Assembly (NCBI RefSeq): GCF_001194135.2 | Contig: NC_068989.1 | Coordinates: forward strand, 19,951,279-19,999,519 | Direction: 5' to 3' | Length of the DNA stretch: 48,241 bases | Source: Octopus bimaculoides | Lineage: Eukaryota | Part shown: positions 1 through 12,236 of the stretch, in pieces | How the letters are laid out: every line of letters starts with the position of its first letter | Position numbering within the stretch: the first letter of the stretch is position 1 | Position numbers and translations under genes: made by a program | Notes under the pieces: model-generated | What the model saw: the letters and a program-made list of their open reading frames with translations, nothing else | The model's database searches: none | Told to the model about the DNA's origin: nothing

Positions 1-1006
1 AAGAATGAATGAGCTACAAAAGCACGTGGTGAACGATAATGAATCGGATATTTCTGTATCTGAAACTGAAAGCAGTGACGGCGACAGCGAGGATGATTTT
101 ACACCAGAATGGAGTAAAGATTTAAAAAATATTTTTATTAACAATTTTTCTGAGGAGACAGGGTCTACCCATAGTCTTTCTCAGGAAGCGAAACCTTTAG
201 ACTTCTTTTTCTTACTTTTTCCAGCATGCTTGTTTGAAATGATTACTGCAGAAACAAACCGTTATGCAGAATGTAAACGAGCCGGAAAAACAGATAGCAT
301 GTGAGAGACACTAGCAGTACCCCCAGTACGTGGAAAACCAAGCTTTGATCCCTTATTTAAAATAAGACCCCCTCATCGACTGCGTTCAAAATGCATATAA
401 AACATTTTACAAGCCTGAGAGATACTTATCCGTCGATGAGGGCATGGTGGGGTATAAAGGAAGAGTACGCTTCCGATAGTATATGCCAGGAAAGCCCACA
501 AAATGGGGGGATCAAAGTTTGGAAAATTTGCGAGGCAAATACTGGGTACTGCTGTGGGATTTAGCTTTTATACAGGGAAAAGAGACAATAATGTGAGTCA
601 GCATGGCCTAGGGTATGATGTAGTCTGGAATTTATCACGTCCATACCATAACCAGGACGGTCAAACTAAAGCGTTTGACCTGGTGACAAAAATTTAAAAA
701 AATATTAGTCGGATAGGTGTAAAACAACTCGCTGGGAACGAATCTGAAGAAAAAAATACGCGCTCGTGAACGGGGTGTGTGGGGAGAGGGCTCGGAACAT
801 TCACATCGTGAATGTTCCGAGACACCTCACCAGAGCCAAGAAACAAAAGAAAAATAGTGTAATAGATGTAAAACGACTTGCTCTGAAAGAATATCAAGAA
901 CACACACATATATATAACATTAGTCTAAATTCATGATTATTTTAGAATTTAATTGAAACTCATGAGGGGTGTATTTTGGTCAGAAATATAGTAACGAAAG
1001 GGTTAA
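1..1006 (+). mobile_element. piggyBac-family DNA transposon remnant (internally deleted, with stops and frameshifts); left end lies outside the window
   Basis: ORF 5-304 gives an acidic N-terminus followed by PLDFFFLLFP...ITAETNRYA. Manual translation downstream gives DPLFKIRPL...YKPERYLSVDEGMVGYKGRVRFR*YMPGKPTKWG(frameshift)IKVWKICEANTGY, typical piggyBac/PGBD catalytic-domain motifs. The element ends in GTAACGAAAGGG followed by TTAA (1003-1006). Confidence 0.9.
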
Positions 1007-2447
1007 ACCTCAGTAACATTTTTCTGCAACAAATAAATAACAAAATCGAATTTAACATGGAAAATTATTTCAGTATACCAAATTTGAAAATTTTGATGTA
1101 ATTTTAACATTTCACAATATGTGACAGCAACAGGGAAGACCCTACAAAATTAGAGAGACGGACAGTTATAAGATGTAGCACACACACATTTACAAACGTA
1201 CACACAGGTAATCACGAGTTTAAAATGGTGTATAGTAGATACATGTGTGTCTGTGTGTGAGTGTTTTTTGGCGCTCCGCAGCAGAAAAGCCACCTACCCC
1301 CCTCTCTCCTTAAAGCTACATATTCCTTGGCCACCTTTTTTAACTGTCCTTGGCATTTTAAAAGTTATGTGCATGCATGTATCTATGTATGCAGCATCGT
1401 GTGTATATGACAGCTGTATTAATGTTATATCCCATTGCCACTCCATATTTGTTGCTTACACAATGCTGTTCTCCCTTTCCCTGATATCAGCCACATTCAC
1501 TATGTCACCACATTTCCCTCACACTAACAGTCTAAAAATCTATAATGGGCCACCTACAGAGGCCCTTTATAGATTTTTATTGAAATCCAATTAGCCTACA
1601 ATTCAGCTGGATGTTAGTTTATCAAGTATGTAAATTTTCTTTAAGATTGGTTCACTGGTGTAGGCAGCAAGATGGTAACAGACAGATCGACAGAAAGAAA
1701 TTGCCATTTATGTATAAGATATAATCATCATCATCACCTAACATCTGTTTTCCATACTGGCATATGTATGTATATTTATATATGTGTGTATGTATGGTGG
1801 ACTCTCCCATTGAAGACAATGTATGATTGTTCAACTCTTTTGCCTAGTGATTAAATGTATGTGCTGCACATTAACTNNNNNNNNNNNNNNNNNNNNNNNN
1901 NNNNNNNNNNNNNNNNNNNNNNNNNNNNNNNNNNNNNNNNNNNNNNNNNNNNNNNNNNNNNNNNNNNNNNNNNNNNNNNNNNNNNNNNNNNNNNNNNNNN
2001 NNNNNNNNNNNNNNNNNNNNNNNNNNNNNNNNNNNNNNNNNNNNNNNNNNNNNNNNNNNNNNNNNNNNNNNNNNNNNNNNNNNNNNNNNNNNNNNNNNNN
2101 NNNNNNNNNNNNNNNNNNNNNNNNNNNNNNNNNNNNNNNNNNNNNNNNNNNNNNNNNNNNNNNNNNNNNNNNNNNNNNNNNNNNNNNNNNNNNNNNNNNN
2201 NNNNNNNNNNNNNNNNNNNNNNNNNNNNNNNNNNNNNNNNNNNNNNNNNNNNNNNNNNNNNNNNNNNNNNNNNNNNNNNNNNNNNNNNNNNNNNNNNNNN
2301 NNNNNNNNNNNNNNNNNNNNNNNNNNNNNNNNNNNNNNNNNNNNNNNNNNNNNNNNNNNNNNNNNNNNNNNNNNNNNNNNNNNNNNNNNNNNNNNNNNNN
2401 NNNNNNNNNNNNNNNNTTTTTTTTTTTTTTTTTTTTTTGATTTGTAG

Positions 2448-2577
2448 GGGACCATTCCTACAAACAATTTACTGAATTACCACCTGAGCAACAAATGATA
2501 ACAGCACTGCCAGATCTCCAAAGTTGGACTTTAAGTGAAGATGATGAGTTTCTTGTTCTTGCATGTGATGGAATATG
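2448..2577 (+). CDS. PPM1G: Protein phosphatase 1G (PP2C-gamma), internal coding exon
   Basis: Poly-T tract and tttgtAG acceptor; translates (G)[42 protein letters not shown](W), containing the PP2C motif ACDGIW; GTAAAT donor at 2578. The preceding exon was not found (in the N gap or outside the window). Confidence 0.93.
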
Positions 2578-3154
2578 GTAAATACACTGACTTTGCTTTC
2601 TCCACTTCTTTAAAAAGTTTTTTTTTCTTTATTTAGTCAGGGTAAGGTTAACACCTGACACTTTTTCAGGGTACTGATACGACTAGCAAGAAATTATCCT
2701 AGGACCAGAGTCCTGCTCCAAATGCTTGCAACAGCAGATTTGTTGAAGTACTCAAGGTTTAGGTGGTGTATTGGCATATAAGCTAGAGTGGCATTGCTCC
2801 TCCACTAACTCTGGTAGACCACAATTTATATTGCTAATGCCTCACTCTTATCAAGGAACACCACCTCCACCAGTAGTCTTCAGATCTTTGATGACACTAC
2901 TGGATGTCAATCTGTCATCAATCATTGATGTTACATTTACTTTCTTTCTTAAAGAGATCCACTCTGTAACCCTGGGTGCAGAGTCTTTACTAGGTGCTGT
3001 CGGCTGGAATCAACTGAATCGAGTACTTGCAATGAGCAAGCTTACTACTCCTTGAAGAAACTAAAATACTACTTGCTAACACAAATACCTACCCACTCTT
3101 TCTAAATTGTTGGAAGTTGATATTTAATTATGCTTGTTTTAATTCTTCTTACAG

Positions 3155-3248
3155 GAATTTTATGTCTAGTCAAGAAGTGGTCGATTTTGTTAAGGAACGA
3201 CTTGAAGATCCTAATAGAAAACCAAATTTATCGGCAATTTGTGAAGAG
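3155..3248 (+). CDS. PPM1G: PPM1G internal coding exon
   Basis: ttcttacAG acceptor; phase matches the previous exon (TG|G = W); NFMSSQEVVDFVKERLEDPNRKPNLSAICEE; GTAAAT donor at 3249. Confidence 0.93.
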
Positions 3249-3844
3249 GTAAATTACAGTCAGTTACTTTCAGCCTTTCTCACCAGTCAGTTCAGCTATT
3301 AGTTGTCAACATTGATTTTCCCATCTTTCTCATCAATAAGTAATTTTTATATAATGGAATGGTGCTTAATAAGTTTTTTTTTTGTCAGTCATATTGGTTA
3401 GTGAGATGTGATTACTGTTTAACTTCAAGTCAGTTTTCATCAAGCTGACTTTTAATCAAAGTTACTCCAGTTGCAACCATAATTTTTTTCTTCAAACAGT
3501 TTAATTTAGATTTACATTATATCCTTTTTTAAGACAGTAAGTTATATAACGAGGGACACTTGGTTGCTATTTCTAGCAAGTTGAGCAACCACTTAGAGAT
3601 TGCTTGATGTGAAAAGTGAGACTATATTAATCTTTCTATTTCTGTCTCTTCTCTTCACAAGGAGAGTACAGAGCTAAGTTTGGGAAAATATGTTCCTGAC
3701 AAGAGGAATGGATTTTCTTATGTATTGAGCATTTGTTTTTGGGGTTTTTTTCTCAGCCTTCAATTTTTGCTTTATATTTGTTTCTCTAAATCTTGACTGA
3801 AATAATCATGAATTTAATCTGAGATTTGTTGTTTTATTTTGTAG

Positions 3845-4081
3845 ATATTTGATTATTGCCTAGCCCCAAACACAATGGGTGATGGCACTGGCTGTGACAA
3901 CATGACCTGTCTTATTGTTGATTTCAAAAAGAGAAATATTGGTGGTAAAAAACGGACCTCAGAACAGACAGAAAATTCTCCAGATACACAAAACAGCAAC
4001 AAAGTGGAGGCGACACCGTCTGAAGATATAGCTTCTCAGCCATCATCAAAACGATCAAAGACTGAAGATGATGATAATTAA
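3845..4081 (+). CDS. PPM1G: PPM1G last coding exon (to stop codon)
   Basis: ttttgtAG acceptor, phase 0; [31 protein letters not shown]...[11 protein letters not shown]. The CLAP[13 protein letters not shown] motif is characteristic of the PPM1G/Ptc2-3 subfamily. Confidence 0.93.
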   Translation: MFDYCLAPNTMGDGTGCDNMTCLIVDFKKRNIGGKKRTSEQTENSPDTQNSNKVEATPSEDIASQPSSKRSKTEDDDN

Positions 4082-4543
4082 TTTTTATTTGAAATCTTTT
4101 CCCTCCCTCCCTCCCTCGAGACCATGGCTTACATTAATGNNNNNNNNNNNNNNNNNNNNNNNNNNNNNNNNNNNNNNNNNNNNNNNNNNNNNNNNNNNNN
4201 NNNNNNNNNNNNNNNNNNNNNNNNNNNNNNNNNNNNNNNNNNNNNNNNNNNNNNNNNNNNNNNNNNNNNNNNNNNNNNNNNNNNNNNNNNNNNNNNNNNN
4301 NNNNNNNNNNNNNNNNNNNNNNNNNNNNNNNNNNNNNNNNNNNNNNNNNNNNNNNNNNNNNNNNNNNNNNNNNNNNNNNNNNNNNNNNNNNNNNNNNNNN
4401 NNNNNNNNNNNNNNNNNNNNNNNNNNNNNNNNNNNNNNNNNNNNNNNNNNNNNNNNNNNNNNNNNNNNNNNNNNNNNNNNNNNNNNNNNNNNNNNNNNNN
4501 NNNNNNNNNNNNNNNNNNNNNNNNNNNNNNNNNNNNNNNNNNN

Positions 4544-4608
<65 letters not shown>
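4544..4608. repeat. (TA)n followed by (CA)n microsatellite at a gap edge, in the presumed PPM1G 3' UTR
   Basis: Directly visible dinucleotide runs. Confidence 0.95.
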
Positions 4609-5586
4609 TGTATGTGTGGGGGTGTATATATATGTATATTATACACACAATCACCTTAGCTTTGCAATCATTTAACATTAGCAAAGTGCTTGGAAATAAT
4701 TGAAAATTCCTTCCACAAGTCAACTATTAGAGTTGGATATGAATTTTTCATTAATGCATCATTATTAATAATTATATCATACAACATATAGACACTCATT
4801 ATAGAGTGATAATCCTTAGACTCTCATGTATGTGTGTGTGTATGAATATATATATATATATATATAAAAATAAAGGCATGTGGAAATCACTCGACTGGGT
4901 AGAAGACCAGCCAGGCTATGTAGATGTCTGCCATTTGCTGTAATGAACAGTCCAATCATTTTTATAGTATGAACAGCTCTAAATGCTGTTTACTCTTCTA
5001 GCATGTCCTGCTTCTTGCAATTGTTAACTCTTTTCAGCTTCATTTAGAACTTCTGTTTGTAGTTAATACATTTATGTATCGGGTTGTAGCTGTTATGACC
5101 TGAAGAATATTTTTTTGTATCAAAGATATTGGGTGGGGGAACATTATAATAAAGATAAAAAAATGTATTTTGCAGGTCATTAACTATTTTGAATCTGTTT
5201 TTGCTTCTCTTTTTATTTTATTTTATTTAGTTTTTTTATTACATTTTGGGCGTTGTTTTTTCTTCTTGTGTGTGTTATTTATTATAATTTTATTTTTTAC
5301 CTTGAAAATATTCTTAAGCTGATTTCTTAAGCTGATCTCTAGTGAGATCAGTTAACATTTGTAAAAGCTAAAGAAACTAGTTATGGTCTATATTGGCAGA
5401 TAATAATGAAACAAAGAAATAGTTCACAAGGAGGATAAAATTACATGAAGAAATGTCTGTTTCAGGTAGCACCCAAAGACTTTTAGTTGTCCGAGGGAGA
5501 ACCTCTTTTCCAAATTTGTTAGCAATGGTATATAGCTATAACACTGACTGTTTCTACTATGTTCTATTTTATCTTAGATTTTGTTT

Positions 5587-5766
5587 TTAACTCTTTAGCA
5601 TTTAAACCATCCATATCTGACCTTTCATACCTACTATAGAATGTCATTCCAAAACTAAACAATCACATCATAGAAAGCTTGAAGCTACAAGATACTGCAT
5701 GATTCTAAACAATGTGAATGAATATGCATTACATTAGACAAAGAAATCTGAATACTAAAGGGTTAA
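5587..5766 (-). mobile_element. TTAA-flanked MITE (piggyBac-like non-autonomous family), copy A
   Basis: TTAA-CTCTTTAGCATTT ... AATACTAAAGGG-TTAA. It is the reverse complement of the copies at 24180, 27061 and 37707. Confidence 0.75.
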
Positions 5767-6360
5767 CACAAGCTAGCAAAGATAAAACCAGATAGATAAG
5801 GTGATGTAATATGCTTGGACTCCCACTTTGTGTAACTTAAAATACAGGGCTCTGCTGTCAACTGTCAGTGAGAAAATAATCTATATCAAATGGTTGAGCA
5901 TGTTAATCATTTCATGTTTGGTCTGACCAACTAACCTTATTTTATTGCTTAGTCGTCGTGGTGTGATGGCTTATATGCCTCAAAGACTCTGAAAGCTATA
6001 CTAGCAGAGCTTGATTTCCTGGTCAAGCTTCCTATGCTGGACAGATCAAGGGATAGAAGCTAGACTAATAAGGACCACCTGTTCCCAGAGGTAAAAATTG
6101 GTTTTCCTGGAACCAACACCTCTCCCCATAAAAATGTTACAAAATTGATCACTATTCAAAATGCAACAATATTTAGGAGAAGGCTTCCCTCTAGAAAATG
6201 TGCTGGGATTCTGGGACAGAGGTGAAAAAGCAGGGATTCAACTGGAGAAGTAGAAGAGGCAGTTCAGTGGAGGAAGGTCATCACTGGCCTCAAGCTCCAG
6301 ATGGATGGAGTGAAGGGCTTAATAAGAAATATAAAACTACTTATCAAACTGAGTTTTCTG

Positions 6361-6645
6361 TCATCATCATCGTTTAACGTCCACTTTCCATGCTAGCATG
6401 GGTTGGACGATTTGACTGAGGACTGGTGAACGAGGTGGTTACACCAGGCTCCAATCTGATTTGGCAGTGTTTCTACAGCTGGATGCCCTTCCTAACACGA
6501 ACCACTCCGAGAGTAGTGGATGCTTTTATGTGCCACTGGCACGAAGGCCAGTCAGGCGGTAGTGGCAACGGCCACGCTTGAAACTGTGTATTTTACATGC
6601 CACCTACACAGGAGCCAGTCCAGCAGCACTGGTAAGGATCTCACC
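6361..6645 (-). mobile_element. 3' tail of an RTE-type LINE or LINE-derived repeat ending in (ATG)n
   Basis: tcatcatcatcgtttaacgtccactttccatgctagcatgggttggacg... recurs, degenerate, at about 7232-7327 (opposite strand), 19780-19900, 23800-23870, 27930-28050, 30205-30360, 36510-36580 and 38700-38790. The RTE assignment is an inference. Confidence 0.7.
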
Positions 6646-7231
6646 TACTGTATTAATTTTAAACTTATTGCACTGTGTTTCTGGTATAGCAGGAAGAGTC
6701 TGAGCATAAATTCTACCAGATTCCCTTAAAAGTGGTAATGAATAGCACATGGAAAAATAAAATACTAAAAATAGACAACCGATCACGTTGCAGCCTTGTA
6801 GTCAAGTGTGTTTATGACTTGTTAAATGGTCACCCGTGTCGTTTTTAATCAGAAAAAAAAAAAAAGAAATTCTTTTGTGGATGAAACAGGCATGCGATGA
6901 ACCCAGTACCTTGTCTTGATAAATGAGGAAGACCTAGACTCTCTACAGAAGAAGTCATTGAGGATATTTATTCTTCAGACAAAGAGCTTAACCCATATGC
7001 AGACAATGAGTGATTTAGATAATCAAACTGATGAAAGTGATGAGGAAAGCAGCAATTCAGGTGAACAAATACCAGTAGTTGAAAGATAGTCTTATTGTTA
7101 TTCTGAATTTTTTTTGTGATTCTGTCCATTAGTTTGACTGCAATCAACAAATATGGTAATTGAGAGATTGGTCTATTATTTTTATTCTCCTAAATGTTTT
7201 TGTGATTCTGTTCATTAGTTTGCCTGCAATT

Positions 7232-7327
7232 TGGAGCCTGGTGTAGCCATCTGGTTTGCCAGTCCTCAGTCAAATTGTCCAACCCATGCTAGCATAGAAG
7301 GCAGACGTTAAACAATGATGATGATGT
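7232..7327 (+). mobile_element. Fragment of the same (ATG)n-tailed repeat family, opposite orientation to 6361-6645
   Basis: ggagcctggtgtagcc...cagtcctcagtcaaattgtccaacccatgctagcat...cgttaaacaatgatgatgatg is the near reverse complement of 6361-6450. Confidence 0.75.
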
Positions 7328-7606
7328 TACTTCTGAGCTGTGTATGCAACTATTTATTTTCTTGCTCAGCAGGCCAGGTAGAGGGTAACATTAGATAGGG
7401 ACCCAGGTCTGAGAGGGTTAAGCTTTTATAAGCAATGTGTGATATAAAAAAGTACCATCACCAGTTGATAGGATGGAAATACATGGCTAGTAGGAATTGA
7501 TGACTTGTTACCATACATGTTTTCATGAGTTACTTTCAACATTATCTAAGTTGCTTAATCCTCACTGCACTGATTGAATTTTTCCATGCTAGTATGAATT
7601 GGACAA

Positions 7607-7981
7607 GTGGAGGCGCAATGGCCCAGTGGTTAGGGCAGTGGACTCGCGGTTTCGATTCTCAGACCGGGCGTTGTGAGTGTTTATTGAGCGAAAACACCTA
7701 AAGCTCCACAAGGCTCCGGCAGGGGATGGTGGCAAACCCTGCTGTACTCTTTCACCACAACTTTCTCTCTCTCTTACTTCCTGTTTCTGTTGTACCTGTA
7801 ATTCAAAGGGTCAGCTTTGTCACAGTGTCACACTGAATATATCCCCGAGAATTACGTTAAGGGTACACGTGTCTGAGGAGTGCTCAGCCACTTGCACGTT
7901 AATTTCGCGAGCAGGCTGTTCCGTTGATCGGATCAACTGGAACCCTCGACGTCGTAAGCAACGGAGTGCCAACAACAACAA
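7607..7981 (+). mobile_element. tRNA-derived SINE, full length, family 1
   Basis: A-box-like TGGCCCAGTGG and B-box-like GGTTTCGATTC in the head; (CAA)n tail; exact 13-bp TSD ATGAATTGGACAA at 7594-7606 and 7982-7994; a second copy lies at 32325-32672. Confidence 0.9.
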
Positions 7982-10379
7982 ATGAATTGGACAAATCTTG
8001 TCACAGCAACAGAAAACTGATGATTGTTTGAATTTTACTGTGGCCTACTTGGGTGGTGAACCTAATCCAGCATCCAGTTTAACACCACCTGATCTTTAGC
8101 AGAATTCACTATATTACAAACATTTGAGCCCTATCTCTAGTTTAAGAAAAGCTTCCTTCCCACTAATTACAGAGGCCCTGTAAAATAACATGGGTGCTGC
8201 TGTTCCCTCTAACCAAGTGATAAAAAAATAAATAAAACACTGCTTTTTAAGGATTAGTAAAATCACAATCAGGTTTATGTACACTTGTGTTTCAGCTCGA
8301 AGTCTTGTCTAAATCTATAATTCATGTTGGGTTTCATCATCTTTTGCAAATTTGTTGAATGTTCTCATGTAAGCTCAATACTTTTGGCTGTTTCACAAAT
8401 GTAATCCAGTATGGGGAATGTCTGAAAATGTTTGAAAGCTGAGCCAATGGGGAGGAGTTAGAATTAGATGAAATCTCCAAGTGGCTAAAAAGTGTCTGCA
8501 GATACCAGTAGTTGAAAGAGAGGCTTATTGTTATTCTGAATATTTTTATGATTCTGTCCATTAGTAGCCAGAATTCATGACCTAGACTGGCTCCTTAGAG
8601 TGTAAGAAGTTAAGAGCTGAGACACTTGTTTGAGTGGGGTTTCTTCCCTGAAGATCTGCTGTTCAGCTCCCTTGAGAGTTTCTTACTACTACTACTACTA
8701 CTTCAAAGAAGGTGAATGTTGGCATCAGGAAGGAGACTTCTGGCTGTAGAAAACTTGCATTAACCAATTCCTCAAAGCATACAAAGGTGAACGCTAAAGC
8801 AATATTGATGAAATTTACTATTATAAGCTATGCTGTAATTTATGAAAAACCTTATGTTGATGTGAAGATTCCAAAAATATAATTAATAACTGGTTCATCA
8901 AGTTTGGTATTGTAAAAGCATTAACATTCTTTTGTTATGATAATTAAGCCTCAGTTAGTTTGACTAGGTGTTACAGGTTTTATTGCCATTAAGCGTTTTA
9001 TTAATTGGTTTCTGTTCATCCCCTCAAGAAGTATAGCAATAGAAATAAATAAATTGTCATTGTAACATCTTATGGCAAAGTGCCACAAATTTTTTAATGT
9101 CATGTTTTTTTTTTAATATTTTGATTCAGTCATTAGATTACAGCTGTGTTACAAATCTGCCTTAAAGGGGTTTAATCAAATAAATTGACCACAGCACTTA
9201 ATCTTTTAAGTTTGGTATACTTATTTTCATGGTCTCTTTTCCCCCCAAACCATTAAGTTACTGGGATGTAAACCAGCAGCTGTTGTCAAGCAGTGGTGTC
9301 GGGAACATAAACACAAAGGCACACATTCTCACACTCACATATATATATATATACATTATGGGCTTCCATAGTTTTTCTACCAAATTCACTCAAGGCATTT
9401 GTTGGCTTAGTGGTGTAATAGAAGACACTTGCCCATGGCTGAATCATGAGGAAAGTTTAGAGCCTCTGTGACTGGTGAGATGTCAATGTTCTGTTTAAGC
9501 TGTTGCAGGGGGAAGATTCCAAAGTGTCAATGTTCCAGAAAGGGTGGTTGGACACACTAAGGATTACCAAGAGGTGGAAATATGAGTAAAATGGGGAGAT
9601 GAGAACAGCCAACTCCAAGGAACAGAGATCATGTAATATATTTCATAGAAAACCTGAAAAAGAAAGAAGTCAGTCATTGAAAAAAAAAAAAAAAATGTAA
9701 CAAATTGTTGGCGTGCATCTACAATGGCAAAATAAAAAAAGGTACTGAACTCAGTTTGATCGTTGCCATGACCACAATGAACAGGTAAGAATGCCACTCA
9801 TTTTCCTCAATTAGAAAATGTATCATCAAAGATTTTGTTCCATATGGTCAGACAATAATAAGTTTTGCTTGAATGTCTTGAGACATTTGAGAGAGAAGGT
9901 GCTTGCAGTATAGACTAAAAAAACCTAAATGCTGCACCTGCTGACAGAAATATAAAAAATCATAGGTCTTGCTAATTAGAATTACTCATGGAACTGTATA
10001 TACTAAATTAGCCAGCTGAATCTGCTCAGGAATTATAAGTATTTCATCATTTCAATATCCACTTTTTCATATTTGCATGGGCCAGATACCCTTTTTTTTA
10101 AACAAGGTAATATTTCCCTTTGATCAGACATACTTTCATGGAAGATTAGAAATAAATGATAGTGACACTCATTTGCAACTATCACATGGTTTACTAAACT
10201 CACTCAAGGATTTGATTGGCTTGGGAGTTATAGCAGAGGGCAAGTGGCATGCAGTGGGACTGAACCAGAAACCAATCAGTTGGGAACCAAATTTCTTAAC
10301 CATACAGCCATGGACTTGTGTAGCATGTGCAAGTAATTATAGGCTGTGAAATTCTGCGCACAAAAGAAATGTTCTGCTA

Positions 10380-10980
10380 ATTGTCATCTTCACCACTTCA
10401 TCCCACATCTGAGTCTCTTTCTTACACAGGTTTCATTCATTTCAAGTGCCAGCCCTCCTTTATACAGCTGTCAACCACCAGTCTTCTCTCATGCACACTG
10501 CATCTAATTTGTAGCACAGTCTCTCAGGAACATTAACGTAGCTTTATTTCCTTATAGCCATCACAAATCTTCTGCATTCAAGACCCACATCTAACACTGA
10601 AGAAGCCTTTGTTGTCAGCAACAGTAAAGGCTCTCTGAACTTTTCCAACCCATTCTTACTCTTGGTCCTATGATTTCAGAATACTCACCCCCCACTACCA
10701 ATTAGGCTGTTTACATAACAGAAGCCATCAGCTACTTCTTGGGAACCTTCCAAACATGTGAGTGAATCTATTTTCCATATACTCTGAATCACACTTCTGC
10801 CGGTGACCCCTACATTATCAGTACTGCTTATACAAGGCACAGCATAGAGAATCTTTGCCAACTCTTTTACTACACATTAAGCATGCCCATTCCCCTTAAT
10901 GTAGAAAGGTCTTGTCTTTCCTCCTTACTAAATCTTTATAATCATTGCTACATTTAGGGCCTTTCAATTCCAAAGTTTTG
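10380..10980 (-). mobile_element. Decayed RTE-type LINE fragment (C-terminal part of the reverse transcriptase ORF)
   Basis: Minus-strand translation across frameshifts gives EVADGFCYVNSLIGSGG..., IRCSVHERRL, DSCIK and WDEVVK, resembling RTE ORF motifs (VDKFCYLG, VQERRLRW, WDEVVK). Boundaries are approximate. Confidence 0.65.
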
Positions 10981-11629
10981 TTCCCAATCTACATATTGTT
11001 ATAAGAACTAGATCATCATCCTAGGAAGAAATGAGAGCTTAAAAGTTAGTGCTGAGCACTTGACATAGAATTTGTTGAAGCTTACATATGTGATAGAAAA
11101 GAAGGTGTAAAATACCATTGGACTGCATATTTATACCAACTGTTCAAGCACATGGAAAGCCTAGCACAGCTGATGTAAATAAGATTAAAGAAAAAAAGGA
11201 AGAAAATGGCTGTTATAGATTTGATTTATTGATCTGTCTGGAGAACTGAAATGACAGGACATAATGTACAACTGACTGCTACATCAGCAAGAGCAATAAA
11301 AAAAGAAAAAGAAAAACAGTATAATTGATTAGAGAGGAGAGAGAAAGAGGAGCAGAAGAAAGAGAGAGAGAGAGAGAGAGAGAGTTGAAAATTAAAACAC
11401 GTGTGTGAGAGAAAGACATAACTCAGTGAGAAAGATTATGAGAAGTAAAAAGTCAGATTCAAAGATACCTTTAATGATTCTTAAACACAGTTAAAATTTT
11501 GAAATGTTTTGATTGAAATAATAGCAGAAACCTATTATTTTATTTTATTTTATTTTTAAAAAGGAAAGACATGATTGTTAAATGAGAAAAAAAAAAAAAT
11601 TAAAAATTGTCTTATTTCAGGTTTTATTT

Positions 11630-11663
<34 letters not shown>

Positions 11664-12203
11664 TAAAAGAAACAAAAGACACCTCCCCCTTGAACATTAA
11701 TGATGCCTTTAATGAACTTTGCATAGTGGGAAGCTAATTTACAAGATATTGAATTGCCATTAGGTATTTCAGACACAAAGCAGAGTGACAACATTAACAG
11801 GTAGCAAACAGCCAAGAGATTAGGCACACAGACATAGGGAGAGAATGAGAAGACAGTACTGCTGAAAAGTGGAGTTAAGTTGTTGGGTTTATATTCATAG
11901 TTATTTTTTGTTTGGTTGAAGTGCGAGGGTTCATATACTAATTATTATACAGGAATATTTGTGTTTGCAAGCAGTAGCAGGCACTTCAAACCTAGCTTGT
12001 ATTATATTGAGGTGACAAATGTTCAGCACAAACATTCACTGAAGAGTTAGTCACCTTAGTATGATACAAACTCCATAGAACCTTAGGAATAACTTTCATC
12101 ACCCAGCACATTCACACTCTAGCACACTCTACATTTACACCACAATCAAGTAAAGCACATAAAAACCACAAACGCACGTTACACATGTAAAATATACATA
12201 CAT

Positions 12204-12236
<33 letters not shown>

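Noticed and set aside
5-304. Domesticated piggyBac or PPM1G-transposase fusion exon (CSB-PGBD3-like), since the element is on the same strand and probably intronic
   Set aside because: The ORF stops at 304, and the downstream catalytic region has an in-frame stop, a frameshift and large deletions. No usable acceptor can be assessed at the window edge.
1823-2475. Long ORFs spanning N gaps (also 4068-4723, 25636-26735, 43865-44172, 44990-45607)
   Set aside because: They are open only because N codons are not stops. The only informative part is the piggyBac-like start at 26589.
2771-3055. 94-aa ORF inside a PPM1G intron
   Set aside because: It has a non-ATG start, no recognisable motif, and the flanking exons already join in frame without it.
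7607-7680. tRNA gene
   Set aside because: Only A/B-box-like motifs are present, with no complete cloverleaf. It continues into a repeat body with a (CAA)n tail and TSD, so it is a SINE head.
7677-7985. 102-aa ORF and its look-alike at 32089-32433
   Set aside because: Both are translations of SINE family 1 copies; the similarity comes from the repeat, not a gene family. The same applies to ORFs at 28412-28663, 29420-29907 and 37238-37462.
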